From Azolla caroliniana (lineage: Eukaryota; Plantae; Polypodiophyta), in NCBI GenBank assembly GCA_043228905.1, contig JBHGNT010000008.1, positions 4,340,001 to 4,404,000 of the forward strand: DNA of 64,000 nt, written 5' to 3'. Shown here piece by piece: positions 48,870-63,059 of the stretch. The notes under the pieces were generated by a model. It saw only the letters and a program-made list of their open reading frames with translations, was not told where the DNA came from and did no database searches. Each line of letters begins with the position of its first letter. Within the stretch, counting starts at the first letter, position 1. Position numbers and translations under genes: made by a program.

Positions 48870-51330
48870 AGGTCAAATATGACCTATGAGACCAAAAATA
48901 TTACATTTCACGTGATACGTGTGAAAGTGAGTAATGACTCTCGATGTTCAAGAACTTTACCAATGAATGTTGCAATTGAGAGTACACATTGTGGTTTTGA
49001 GAGGAATTCATGCAAGGATTGGGCTCGGTCGAAGAGATGTGGAAAGCATGGTCAAATATGATCAAAGGCAAAGCATTGTATCAAAGTGTGATACTCAGAC
49101 TTGCGAACTTGTTTAGGGCAAAGTGTGCATAGCCGAGCACTCTCATCACTTGTGCCCCAACGCCCTGTTTCACATCGCAATGCATGCGAGCTAAGTTGCA
49201 AGGAAGCAATGGTTCGAATGGAAGATAACGGTATGGGCTCTAACATGTATCGATGTGTACAATTTTCCTGTTCCCCAATTTCGGCTCAAACCGAACCGAA
49301 CCATTAAACCGTGGCTTAATGGTTTATTGGTTCAAAAATAAATAAACCATTTGGTTTGGTTTCAAATATGATGATCCGGTTTGGTTTCGGTTAGCGGTTT
49401 CGGTTTAAAGGTTTAACGATTTATAGGTTAAAAAATATTCCTAAATTTTCACCTCTAGGCCAACTTTCAACTTTTAATTTTAAACCTTTAGGCTCTAACT
49501 TATTAAATTTTATATACATTATAAGTAGAGTGTCCTTTTGATGTATGATTATCAAATTTATGATAAGTATGCTGACCAAAATTATAATATGTATGATGAC
49601 TAAATTTATGACAGGTATGATGACCAAATTTATAATAAATGTGATAACTAAATTTATAATAAGTATGATGACCAAATTTATGATGATTTTCTCACATAGA
49701 TTCATAATATGTATGATAATAAATATCACAAAAATATGATTTGGTTTGGTTTTGATTTATTATAAACCGGTTTGGTTTGGTTCTAAAATTTCTTAAATGG
49801 TTTGGTTTGGTTTGGTTTTTCAAGGCCAATAAACCGAACCGAACCGGGCCCATTGTTAGTTAGGTGCAACATCTGTAGTACAATGTGTGAAGCGTGAGCC
49901 TCCACATTTGTCCCATGTCATGATACATTGACATTGCAAAAAGGCCTCATTTACAGAGGAATCTAATGATGGATCATGAAGCAAGTGTCTCGCATCCCAT
50001 CTACCAAACCATTTTTCTATATCTTGCATCCAACTGGAACACAATTTTTTGCTTTTATGCGTCTTTTGGATCTTTTTGCTTGCTTCCCACACAATTCTAG
50101 GAAGTCGATGTGAGGGACTTTTTTGAACCTTAAGCATGTATTCAATAACCCTTTCCATGGCCATGATCTCAATGGGAAGCGTTCCCATCTCAAGGAGGAG
50201 GAGGGTGTAGGGCGTTTGTTTCTTAACTTGTAGAAACTTTGTAAGAAAATGTTTTTGGACATTTTCAAACTCTTTCCACATAGATTTAGGGATGTTACCG
50301 CCCCATACTTCCACCCCATAGAGAAGAACCGGTGTCACCTAAGTGTTGAAAAGATATTTCTTGAGGACCCAACACTTAATATCTCCAAGATTGCATGTGT
50401 TCTCAAATGTATAGTATACTCGCTTACTCGCCTCTAAGCGGCATGTAGCACATTCATTCCATCTATGATTTGAAGGAACTTCAAGGCCAAGATATTTGAA
50501 GCTTTCCACACAATCAAGTGGCTCATTGTTGTACAAAATGCATGGTTTATCTCTTTTTTGGCTCTTCACAAGCATAGTCTTAGTTTTAGAGCTTTTGACA
50601 CTTAATTTAGTATGCATGCAAAATTTATCCAATGCCTTCATAAGCTTTTGTGTATCTCCTAAAGTATTTGCAAAAAGCACTACATCATTTGCATATAGCA
50701 AAAGCATAATCACAACATTCCCAATGACAACTTCTTCAACACACTCTTGCTTTGCAAACTTGGTAACCATTTCTTCCAATTCATCAATGCATAGACCAAA
50801 TAGTGTTGGGGAGAGTGGGCATCCTTTCTTAACACCAATAGTGCTTTTGAAAAAATCTCAAAGTTTATCTCTCATGCGCACACAACATATAACCTTCTCA
50901 TAAATTCAGGAAATTGCAAGCATATATTCACTTGGCACCTCAAGTTCTTCCATTTGCTTCCAAAGATGCTCACGAGGTACCATATCAAAAGCTTTCTTGA
51001 AGTCTACAAAGCAACAATAGAAACCTTTACCTCTAAGGCGACTTTGCTCCATTAATACTCGAAGGGTGATAAGGTGATCAATGGTGCTATGGTGTTTCCG
51101 AATGCCAGCTTGTCCATAAGCTCGCTTACCATTTTTTTTCAGTTATACACTTATCTTTGATTCCATTATACATCCAAATAGTTTTGCCATTAATGAGCCA
51201 ACCATGCTAGTTTGATAGTTGTTCACATTATTTATATCTCCACCTGTATGTAAGGTTTGATCCAATATGTAGTGCAATCGTACGACCTACCATGTTGCAA
51301 TGCATCATTAAACATATCGCTTATCCATAT
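48870..51330 (-). mobile_element. LINE reverse transcriptase (frameshifted), interrupted by a small insertion
   Basis: YCCFVDFKKAFD, GCPLSPTLFGLCIDELEE, LLYANDVV, FKYLG, LLYGVEVWG and CETGRW..RLCTLC motifs. Confidence 0.85.
49260..49855. mobile_element. Non-autonomous DNA-element-like insertion with AACCG-rich subterminal repeats and an internal tandem repeat
   Basis: Clusters of AAACCGAACC / GGTTTGGTTT at both ends; TATGATGACCAAATTTAT-type repeats at 49540-49730. It splits the LINE. Exact ends are not resolved. Confidence 0.55.
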
Positions 51331-51360
51331 ATACATTGAAGATCGCTTGCCTTTCGAGAG

Positions 51361-51362
<2 letters not shown>

Positions 51363-51427
<65 letters not shown>
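51363..51427. repeat. (GA)n microsatellite
   Basis: Uninterrupted AG run. Confidence 0.95.
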
Positions 51428-51430
<3 letters not shown>

Positions 51431-51671
51431 TGTTTTTTCTTTTGTAACCGCCAGTTGGCGAAGATATAGGGCTCGAGGTCGTTGCCTCTAAGTCTCACAT
51501 TGTATCCTCTCCTTATAGTGATAGTTGGAGTCAGTGGGGTCCCGTGGTTTTTTCCCTATTAGGGTTTTCCATCTTAACATCTTGTGTCCTCTCTATTGTC
51601 TATGTAAGTGTTTTAATCTCCATTTCTGTTTTGTTCTTCCATTGAGTTTAAGACTCGGATGTTGCCGAGAG

Positions 51672-52097
51672 CTATTCCGCACAAACATCATTAGGTCCAA
51701 GTAAATGTGAAGGAAAAGTGCATTCACATGAACTTAAGTGGTTGGTATGAACTTTAATAACATCAAAAGACTCAACTGTGTGACTCGTATATTTGTCTTG
51801 AGGAGGGGTGTTCATTGACTTCCTCTCGAGACGACGACAGGTATCCTTTGTGTGGCCCTGCTTCTTGTAATATGCACAAAAGAGGTTCGATTTCTTTGAG
51901 TCGCGGTCAAGAGTGTCACTGGATTGCTTATGTTTCCCATTGAACTTAGCATTCAGAGTTTTGGAGAACTCAGGTTTATTATGGTCTTTCTTGGAAGTCT
52001 TATGGTACCGAAGTACAATGTTGGCGACTTCCTTGAAAGTTGTGGGGTCCTTGTCATGGACAATCCAATGGTAATCCGCATTGGGAATACCATTCAA
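51672..52097 (-). pseudogene. gag: Retrotransposon gag fragment with degenerate CCHC knuckle
   Basis: FCAYYKKQGHTKDTC. Confidence 0.55.
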
Positions 52098-52125
52098 AAA
52101 ACAAGAGACAAACCATTTCTCACGC

Positions 52126-53240
52126 TGTCGTGAAGATCCGTCACTACGCGCGGATCGTGAGGCGGAACCGCCGGGGTTCTGGACCGGAAGGATTCAAAGT
52201 CAATACAAGCTTTGGCAAGAAAGTACTTAAGATAGATTGGGAAAGAGAGAAGTTGAGATTAAACGATTGAGAAAGATTGATTGAACTTTTAACTTTAGAT
52301 TTAAGAAACAAGTTACACGATCAATTTGATAACGAATTTCTTCCTCTTAATTTTCATAAAAAAAAAACCGTCCTTTTTTTCTCCTCCCCCTTCCCTCTTT
52401 TATAGATGCTCTCATGCATATGATGCATGTGAGGGTACAAGACATGCATAAATTGCATGTTTGCCATTTGGCGCTTATGTATTACATGTGGTGCATGATA
52501 ACCATGTCACTCATTTTAGTTCTCATGTATGAGAATTTACGTGTAAAAGTACAATGATAGAAATATAATTTCAACTAAATAGCATGGCTTAATGGTAAGC
52601 CAATTGACTCCTAACTTGGAGGTGCAAGGTTCGAATCCTTACTTGCCCTCCTTGTATATGTAAATATGTATATATATTTATATATTTATTTATCTAGTCG
52701 CCGGACGCCGGTTCACCGGATATCATCGCCGGATGCCGTTGGTTACCGTTGCCGTCGCCGGATGCCATCGGTTACCGGTGCGTCGCCAGATGCCGTCGCC
52801 GGATGCCGTCGGTTACCGGTGCCGTCGCCGGATACCGGTGCAATCGTCGGATGCCGCCGGTCCGGTTTTGGTTGGCCAAAACCCTTTACGAGTAGCTAGC
52901 CCACCTCCACTCTTAGTTCAAGTTACCTTGAACTCTCTATGCTCCACACATAGACACAAAGATAATATCTTTTGCTCCACCTTATATATGATGAGAGCTG
53001 TATTTGTCGTGCCTATGTGGGATATCTCACAATTTTCTCCTTTCCTTTTACAAACTTTATACCCTCATATCTTGACATTTAGTTGTCCATTTCTTGTGTA
53101 ATAAAGTGCATTCGAAACCTCCATCATTTTGTACTTAGATATTAAAAATGTTATCTTCACAATTATTATATTATGTGATTCATACTCGATTTCGTACGTT
53201 TTATGGGATTTTCACACTATTGCCGAAAATCTTCACGACA
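52126..53240 (-). mobile_element. 3' LTR of a Ty3/Gypsy element
   Basis: TGTCGTGAAGA...TCTTCACGACA termini; adjacent PPT (TCCACCCCCACC on +) at 53241. CCGG-rich repeats at 52695-52865 and a tRNA-like GGTTCGAATCC at ~52628. Confidence 0.85.
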
Positions 53241-53393
53241 TCCACCCCCACCAAACCGCACGTCCTCCGGTACGTGCCAAGAAGAGAAGAAGTGAGATTT
53301 CGGCTACGATGATCAATTAGATTCCTCCATGTCTTCATTTTTATCTGGCCTATTATGTTCATTGTCGAGGTAATCGAGGTCAGGATCCTTGTC

Positions 53394-56300
53394 TTATCTT
53401 TTCTTGAAAAGCTTTACTCTTTTTCCCGCAATGGGTACGACCAACCTTGATCCGTCTAGTTCCGCAAGGTGGTATGTGGCATTATTGTTGGCACTTGTCA
53501 TCACATATGGCCCGAACCATCTTCTTGCGAACTTCCTTGTTGTACTGTGTTGATTGTCAAGGGTGCTGTCGTAAACCAAAACCCAATCCCCTTCTTCAAT
53601 CTTCTTGGGACGAAGTCGATGCGTGTTGTCGAACCGAACTTTGTTCTTTACTCGGGCTGCCTTCATCATCTTTCGCGCTATTTCTAAATCTTTAGGTCTT
53701 CTTTCAAGTTGCCTTATCCGCGCCGCTAATAATTCTTCTCGGCTCATCTCGTTCTCCCACGGTATCGCTACCCATGAGGCGATCGTCCTTTCGATGGGCA
53801 TAATCGGCTTTTGTCCATACATAAGCTCCGTCGGCATATACCCTGTCACTGAGCTATGTGACGTTCTATCGGCCCACAAGGCATAGGGTAATAGTCGTGG
53901 CCAATTCCCGACTCGACCGTTGCATGCCCGTACGATGGCTTTAACGATAGATCCATGCCCTCGCTCGATCTTCCCATTTGCTTCCGGATTGTAGGCAGTC
54001 GTGAGGGAGAGCTTCACGCCTAGTCTTTCGAAGAGCTCTGTCGCTTCGTGCGCGTCCAACTCCCCTCGGTCGGCCACTATCTTCCCTACACATCCATATC
54101 GGCAAACAACATCTTCAAGTAGAAATTTGCAAACGGCTGAAGTCGTCTTATTTGTCAAGGCTCATCCTTCCACTTGATTTGTCAAGTCTTCCCTTGCCAG
54201 CGCTAAGTACTTCATTTGTCCCACTCCCATTGGCATCGAGACCAAATCCACCATCCATTTGAAGTGTATGGTGAGTGGGTATGTCGGCTTTAACTCATCA
54301 CGATGACGTATATTTGAATATACTTGGCAAGTTTCGCATGTGGACACGAAATGGAGTACATCTTTGTACATGCTTGGCCACCAATACTTGTCCTTCAACT
54401 TTTCGAACGTCGCCCATGTTCCTCTATGACCTGCCCAACCACTCTCGTGGAATTCGGTCATCAACGTCTCTTGCTCTTCTTTCTTTACCACCACTCGACG
54501 TGGTATTCCTGTCCTTCTTTTTGGATGTCGCTAAAGGAATCCTCCCTTCAAGAAGTATCAGTAAGCTTTCTTTCGTATTCGTAGGGCCTCCTCCTTTGTC
54601 AACGAAGCATCTGCCGTCAATGTTCTTAGGAATCTACCAATGAGTAACCACTCTCCTTCGTACTCGTTCTCGTTGAAGGCGTGGAGGGTTTGCGTGTCCT
54701 GGTCTTCCGCCGACAATCAAGCCATCTTGAAGAAGTCGAGGGCGACATCTTCATCTTCCGAAACCATGTCACTTCCATTTGAAAATCTTGCCCTCGACAG
54801 CATGTCAGCCATGGCGTTCTTCTTCCCTGCAATGTGACGGATCTCTGGGTTTAAAGACTTGATGTAGGCGATCCACCTTAGCATAGCAAGATCTGGGGTC
54901 GCACATCCCGAGACCATTCCGAGAATTGGGAGACAATCTATCTCTATTATCACTTCTGACCCGATCAGGTAATCTTTATCCGTCTTCACTACCGACACAA
55001 TACCCCAAAGTTCCCACTTGACTTGGGCATATCTTTGTTGCCGTTCGCTGAGAACCTTTGCTCCAAACCGGACGGCATATCGCACATTATCTTCACCTTC
55101 TTGGTTGATGACCCACCCGATTCCGGTTGGACTCGTATCTACGGTCACGTAAATTGGTTTCCCTTCAGCATAGTCGGCCTTCCTTAGTGCCGGAGCTTCA
55201 AGAAGCAGTTTCTTTAATCTTCGCATCGCCTTTGTGTGCTCGTCTCGCCATTCGAACTTTATTCTTTTCTTTAGTAGTCCATATAACGGTTCGGCGACAT
55301 GAGCGTAGTGAGGAATCCATATATGATAAAACGCGCACGCTCCAAGGAACCTTTGAACCTCCGTTTGGTTTTCGCATTCTTCTTTCATGTCTTGGATTGC
55401 GTTCACTTTGGATGGCGAGGGCTTCCGGCCGTATGCTCCACACAAGTGACCTACCACCAAGATCTCCAGTTGCCCGAATACGGATTTTTCTCCCGAAAAT
55501 GTCAAATTCGCATCTTCGAGCCTTTGAAGCACCTTCTCGCAATCTTTCATATGATCCGCAACGAACTTTCTACAACCTTCCGTATCTTTCGATTCATCTT
55601 TCTCCTCATCCGAACATCCTTTTATCGGAATATCATCCAAGAATGGCATCGTGATGTCCGGAATGCAATCCTTCAAGACTTTATTCATGGCATTCACCAT
55701 ATGAGCCACCGAGTTCGTTGCGCCTTGGGGTAAGGTACACATCCGCACAAGCCCGATTGGAGTCCTCATGGTTGTAATGTCCCGACTGTCGATCGCCAAT
55801 TTGAATTGGTCATATCCGGAGTAGAGATCGCCAATGGAGTAGATGGACTGGCCCGCAAATGCTTCGGCAAATTTGTCCACGCTCGGACCGATTCCGGCAT
55901 TTCAAATTGTCACCTTGTTGACGGGTTGAAGATCTTGGATGAATCGCAATGATCCATTCTTCTTCGGCACCGTGAACCACCTATTGGAATAAGGAGCATT
56001 CGACGGTTCTAGAATTCCCATACTCACCTTCTCCTTTAAGAGCTCGATCAGCTTCGAAAGGTGTGCTCTCTGAACCGGTATCGGTTTGAAGTTCCAAGGC
56101 ACATGAGGCACCGTGAAGATCACCATCGGCTCTATAACCTTTGGGTCGGCGCATCCGATTTCTCGTGGGAAGAATGCGAAAGCCTTCCCATGTCTCTCAA
56201 GCATATCGCGAAACATTCGCTCCTCTTCAGGGAGAAGGAAATCCTCCTTTCCAACTCGTAGCTTCCCCTTCGTCTCTTTGGTGAAGACATGACCTATCTT

Positions 56301-58519
56301 CTTCCGATCTCTTAAGCTTGGATCGTTAGCGACTTCCTTCATCTTTTTCCAGCTATCTTCCGGTAGCAGAACCGCAACTGGCTTGATCTTCTTATCCACC
56401 GTTTTATATTTTGTGTTGATGTCAGCTTCCTTCATCGAGATGCCACGACGGTATTCATCGATGATAGCGTACATGTTGATGGAGTTAACCGAAATCACGC
56501 GTTGGTTGTGAAGATAGCTCAAGTCCACGACGTCCTCGATTTCGCCGATGGTGTCGTTAAATGAGGCTTCTTCCATAATATGAGTCACGAACTCTCCTTC
56601 TTCTATTATTTTCTCTTCTTTCAGCATCTTCTCGAATTCTTGTATCCGGCGCTTGTGCTTCTTGTCGGGTAGTACTAGTTTACATGCGCCACTAGGTGTG
56701 ACACATGTTGCTTCTCCTTGCAATCCACGCACTCTTCTTTCTTGTGGGGTCTTGTGATTGCTCGGACTATTTGTGCCCCATGCTTCAATAGTCCGCTCTA
56801 AAAATCCGAGGATTCGCCTCCGAGACTATCTCGATTCCTTTCATGATTGACTCGCACCGTTAGGAATTGGACTGATCTTTGGTTGTCAAGACTCTTTATT
56901 CGTGCGAAGGCTGCTCCATTATCGAACACTTTGGTCTCCATCTGAGATGATGTGATATAAGGTTGCCCTAGGATGACAGGATGCGACGCCGATTCTTGTA
57001 CGAAGAAGTGTTGATCCATCTCCACATCCCCGATCGTGACTTTGACATTGGGACAAGCTCCGTACAAGTCCTCCGTAGACTTTGTTGCCGCGCGAATCTT
57101 CCATCCGTGGTTTGTATTGATTGGCCATCTTCCCTTTTTGTAGAAGTCGGTTGACATGAGGTTGATCTCCGAGCCGTGGTCGATCAAGGCTTCCACGGTC
57201 TCTTTCTTCTCCCCGATCTTCACCGGCGTCTCCGTTGTCGCTCGTGCCCAATGAGGTCGAGTGTAGTGGCTGTCCACCATATCTTCATCGATTTCGTCTC
57301 TTGCCATTGTTATGGCATTCGTTTTTGCTTTTTGCGGCTTCTCTTCTTCCTCGTCCGATTGTTGTCTCTTTCTCTTTACAAGGTCCACGATCGTGTCATG
57401 GAACTCCTTCGTAATGCCAAGCAATTCCCTTAAGGACAAAGTTACGTCGCTATCAAGAACTCGTTCTTTGAGAATCTTCTTTAGGTCCGTCGTCTGCTCT
57501 ATGTCCGACCTTAGCTTATAGGTAGGTATAGTCCTTGTCCTCCGAGTGGGGTCTTCGACACCAACCTTCACGGGCCGAACCGTTTCTTCAACTCGTATGC
57601 TCGGCTCCACTTTTCGGCTTGATTCTCGTTCCTCCGTTTGTAACGGTCGACTCGTCTCCGCATCGTCCTTCTTTTTCGCGTTCCTTGTTTCATGTCTTTT
57701 TGATGGCCCTTGCTCTTCTATTCTCTTTCTCTTTTCTTCGACGAACACCTCGTGGTTGTCGCACATCACCTCTGCGAGTATGATGTTGTCGTCCACCGGA
57801 TCCAACCACCCGGTTATGCTTTGCACGCTTCGGTCCGCAAGCTCTACCTCGTTCGATGTGATTTTTCCCTTCTTCTCATATTCGAGAACGGAAGTCCAAA
57901 ACTTTGCTCCCGCTCTAGCAGCTTCAGTCTTATCTTTCCCGACTCTTATTCCAGCCGACGCAGCATAGTGCATCGCATCCACATGAGTCGCATCGGCATC
58001 CTCCATAGATCTCTTCATTCCTCCTCTTCCGAAATTCACTCGTAGGGGTCTTCTAGTCTCGCTTGAGCAGATCATGTTGTCCTCTATGTATACGATATTT
58101 TGTCGAATCGCCCCTCGAAGGCTCGCACAATCCCTTCTCATGTGGTCCATGCTATCGCACCACACGCATCTAAAGGGTTCTTTTCCTTTAGGGCTCCGAC
58201 GATTCATGTTGGCTAGCGTGACCTTCTCGAACTTCTTCGCTAGCTCTTCAATGATGTCGTCATCAATCTTCTTTTCTTCCACGTTACTTTGTCTTGGCGG
58301 CTCAGCTACTTTCGGCGGTCTTGCTTTCTCCGTGGTAGTCGATCCTGTCAAGTCGGTGTCATCAACCCATTGGCGACGCTTGTCGAGCCTATTGCATCCC
58401 CGCTTCACCGCGATCTAGTCCGCTACGAGCCCATTTGCTTGGGTATCATCTTCGAGAAGAGTCCCCAACTCCCGTCTATCCTTTATGTCTACGGCCTTCA
58501 AGAAGTACAAAGTCTTGTC
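53394..58519 (-). pseudogene. pol: Ty3/Gypsy gag-pol (gag zinc knuckle, protease, RT, RNase H, integrase) with stops; gag continues at 63897-64000
   Basis: CVWCDSMDHMRRDC, ALIDHGSEINLM, DLYSGYDQ, FLDDI, VDTSPTGIG, GHRG..T, YNPEANGKIER and FGPY motifs in Gypsy order. Confidence 0.92.
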
Positions 58520-59859
58520 AACACCTTTGCATTCACAAGTGGAAGGATTGCGCATTCCACTTATAGATTCCTTTTATAATCTTGCGATTTTAGACAATTT
58601 CCAAAAACTTGATACACTAGTATCACATGTTTTAAATAGCATGTAAATTTTGCTAATTTTTTGAGATTTAACAAATTTCTAAATGATAATTTCTAAAATT
58701 GAATAGTTTAGGGATAATGTTTAAATGTTGATGGTTTGCAGATATGAAATGTAGTTAACTTAAAGAAAATCACAATTATGGTCAACTCAAGGCACAAGTT
58801 AAGATTAATGGTTTCACCGTCTTGAGAAGATTAAGGTTACATCTATTGTTAGACTTGAAAATGTTTTAAGTATAAAAGGTAATATTGCAATCCTTAATGT
58901 CATCATCTATAAATTAGTGCTCATTAACATCCATAAATTCACAACTCAAGAAATGTAGACAATATTCATAAACAATTTTGATAAATCCACAACTCCTAAA
59001 ATGTAGACGATATTCATAAATTGTCAAACTTTAGATGTGAACATTAATATATCAATTTGAACATAACACATAGTTATCAAGGTATCTACAATGTTATAAT
59101 CTCCTTCCTTATAAGAATTCCCCTTCAAAATTTGTGAAGTAAATGGCATTTGCAAAGTTCAATTACCATCAACACAATTATTAATGGTTTTCTTCTAATA
59201 AATGAAGCACATATTTACCATAAGGTATCTTGTTGTGCAACATACATCTTTAAAAACCTCTTTTATTTGAAAAACAACAAGAGTTTTAAACATGAACACG
59301 ATATGTTGTATTGAATTGACGTAAAAAATAGAGTTTTCATCATAACTCTATACAATATATTAAATTCATGTTCAAAGTTTTTTTACCGGATTTAAAAAAT
59401 AATAATAATAATAAATTAAGCTTGAGTTCATAGAAAAACCAGATTTTTCATCACAATTCAATACAATGTATCGAGTTCATGTTTAAAGTAATTTTTTCTA
59501 ATTAAAAAAAAAAACATTTTCAATTTGTTTCAATTTTTTTTATTTTTTTTCAATTTTTTTTGTTTCTTTTTGTTCCTTTTAATTTCTTTTATTTTTTTTA
59601 TTTTTTTATTTTTTATGGAAAAAATAATAATTTTAAACATGAACTTGATACATTGTATCGACTTGTGATAAAAACTCAGGTTTTTTCATCACTTATTAAA
59701 GCTCAAAAACAAAATTCTAAGACAGAGACGAAATTAGTACTAAGAGAGAAATATTAGTACTAAGAAGAATTTAAGGTGTAGAACACTTGAGAAAAGAAGA
59801 GAGAGAGAGAGTGAGAGAGAGAGAGGGACTGAGAGGGAATGATGATGACATGAGTTAAT

Positions 59860-62440
59860 CTACGACGTATCGAGTTCATGTTGAAAGTGTTATTTCCGAT
59901 TTTTTTTTTAAAATAATTACATTTTTTTCTATTTTATTTTGGTATTTTGTTTTTTTCTCTAAAAGGCTTTGAGCTTTAATAAGTGAGGAAAATAATATTT
60001 TATGTATTACAATGTATCGTCTAATGGTCAAGAGCTTGACCCATGTAGCATAATGTCATGGGTTCAAGTCCTACATATCACGACATGAACTAATTTAACT
60101 TTTTTACATGAACTCGATACGCCTTTTCAACATGAACTCGATACGGCGTATCGAGTTCATGTTTAAAGTCTAACTTTTTTACATGAACTCGATACGGCGT
60201 ATCGAGTTCATGTTTAAAGTTTTATTTCTGATTTATTTTTTTAAATAATTACATTTTTCCTATTTTATTTTGGTATTTTGTTTTTTTTTCTAAAAAACTT
60301 TAAGATTTAATAAGTGATGAAAATAATATTTTATGTATTACAATGTATGGTCTAATGGTTAAGAGCTCCACCCATGCAGCACAAGGTCAAGGGTTTATGT
60401 CCTAGCATATCATATCATCAACTAAGCTAACATTTTTACATGAACTCGATACCCCTTTTCAACATGAACTCGATACGCCGTATCGAGTTCATGTTGAAAA
60501 GCTAACTTTTTTACATGAACTCGATACGGCGTATCGAATTCATGTTTAAAGTTTTATTTCGGATTTTTTTTAAAAATAATTACATTTTTTCCTATTTTAT
60601 TATGGTGTTTTGTTTGTTTTCTAAAAACAAATTGAGCTGTAATAAGTGTTAAAAATAATAGTTTATGTATTACAATGTATGGACTAATGGTTAAGAGCCT
60701 CACCTATGTAGCAGAAGGTCATGGGTTCGAGTCCTGCTATATCATGTCATGAACTAAGCTAACTCTTTTACATGAACTCGATACCCCTTTTTTCGGATTT
60801 TTTTTAAAAATAATTACATTTTTTCCTATTTTATTATGGTGTTTTGTTTGTTTTCTAAAAATAAATTAAGCTGTAATAAGTGATAAAAATAACAGTTTAT
60901 GTATTACAATGTATGGACTAATGGTTAAGAGCCTCACCTATGTAGCAGAAGGTCATGGGTTCGAGTCCTGCTATATCATGTCATGAACTAAGCTAACTCT
61001 TTTACATGAACTCGATACCCCTTTTAAACATGAACTCGATACGCCGTATCGAGTTCATGTTGAAAAGCTAACTTTTTTACATGAACTCGATACGGCGTAT
61101 CGAATTCATGTTTAAAGTTTTATTTCGGATTTTTTTATTAAAATAATTACATTTTTTCCTATTTTATTATGGTGTTTTGTTTGTTTTCTAAAAACAAATT
61201 GAGCTCTAATAAGTGATAAAAATAATAGTTTATGTATTAAAATGTATGGTCTAATGGTTAAGAGCCTCACCTATGTAGCAGAAGGTCATGTGTTTGAGTC
61301 CTGCTATATCATGTCATGAACTAAGCTAACTCTTTTGCATGAACTCGATACCCCTTTTAAACATGAACTCGATACGCCGTATCGAGTTCATGTTGAAAAG
61401 CTAAAAGCTAACTTTTTTACATGAACTCGATACGGCGTATCGAATTCATGTTTAAAGTTTTATTTCGGATTTTTTTTTTTAAATAATTACATTTTTTCCT
61501 ATTTTATTATGGTGTTTTCTTTGTTTTCTAAAAACAAATTGAGCTCTAATAAGTGATAAAAGTAATAGTTTATGTATTACAATGTATGGTCTAATGGTTA
61601 AGAGCCTCACCTATGTAGCAGAAGGTCATGGGTTCGAGTCCTACTATATAATGTCATGAACTAAGCCAACTCTTTTGCATGAACTCGATACCCCTTTTAA
61701 ACATGAACTCGATACGCCGTATCGAGTTCATGTTGAAAAGCTAACTTTTTTACATGAACTCGATAATGTTGAAAAGCTAACTTTTTTACATGAACTCGAT
61801 ACGGCGTATCGAGTTCATGTTTAAAGTTTTATTTCAGATTTTTTTATTTAAATAATTACATTTTTTCCTATTTTATTATGGTGTTTTGTTGTTTTTCTAA
61901 AATAAAATAAAGCTTTAATAAGTGATAAAAATAATAATTTATGTATTACAATGCATGGTCTAATGGTCAAGAGCTCCACCCATGTAGCAGAAGGTCATGG
62001 GTTCGAATCCTACCATATCATGACATGTAAAAAAGTTACCTTTTTTACAAGAACTCAATACTAACTTTTTTACATGAACCCGATACGACGTATCGAGTTC
62101 ATGTTGAAAAGCTAACTTTTTTACATGAACCTGACACGGTGTATCGAGTTCATGTTTAAAGTTTTATTTCGGATTTTTTTTATTTAAATAATTACATTTT
62201 TTCCTATTTTATTATGGTGTTTTGTTTTTTTTCTAAAAAAAAATTGAGCTTTAAGAAGTGATAAAAATAATATTTTATGTATTACAATGTATGGTTTAAT
62301 TGTCAAGAGCTTGACCCATGTAACATAAGGTCATGGGTTTGAGTCCTACCATATCATGACATGAAAAGTTTAATTTTAGATTTTTTTTATTTAAAATAAT
62401 TACATTTTTTTCTATTTTATTTTGGTACTTTGTTTTTTTT
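59860..62440. repeat. Tandem array of 8 units (~332 bp): palindrome pair + AT-rich spacer + tRNA-like LTR terminus
   Basis: tRNA-like blocks recur at ~60020, 60350, 60680, 60915, 61250, 61590, 61960 and 62295. Palindromes ACATGAACTCGATACG(C/G)CGTATCGAGTTCATGT lie between them. Confidence 0.92.
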
Positions 62441-63059
62441 TCTAAAACAAAATTGAGCTTGAATAAGTGATGAAAAAACCAAAGCTTTTATCACAAGTCG
62501 ATACAATGTATCAAATTGATGTTTAAAAAATAAAACAAAATCAATAAAAAACTATAAAAAATTGAAAAAAATTGAAACAAAATTGAAAACAATTAGAAAA
62601 AATTACTTTAAGCATGAACTCAATACATTATATCGAATTGTGATGAAAATTATGGTTTTCTAGATGAACTCAAGCACAATTTATTATTATTATTATTTTT
62701 TAAATCTAGTAAAAAAAACTTTGAGCAATAATTCAATACATTGTATGGAATTATGATGAAAACTCTATTTTTTACATCAACTCGATATAACATATCGACT
62801 TAATGTTTAAAATCTTGTTGTTTTTCAGATAAAAGAGGTTTTTTAAACATGAACTTGAATCGTACTAAAATCTTTGTTTTTACAAGAGAAAAAGATGCAT
62901 ATTGATAGTGCAAACAAGTATGTTGTACAATAAGATACTTTATGGTAAACATGTGCATCATTGATTAACAAAAAACTATTAATAATTGTGTTGATGGTAA
63001 TTGAACCTTGCAAATGCCATTTACACGGTCCATAAAGTGTTCGTGTGGTTCTCAATCAC

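Noticed and set aside
61955-62025. Functional tRNA gene
   Set aside because: A and B boxes are present, but I see no convincing acceptor or anticodon stems, and the sequence derives from an LTR terminus. The same applies to 52580-52645.
59860-62440. CRISPR-like array (palindromic repeats at intervals)
   Set aside because: The intervening sequences are copies of each other rather than unique spacers, there are no cas genes, and the context is eukaryotic.
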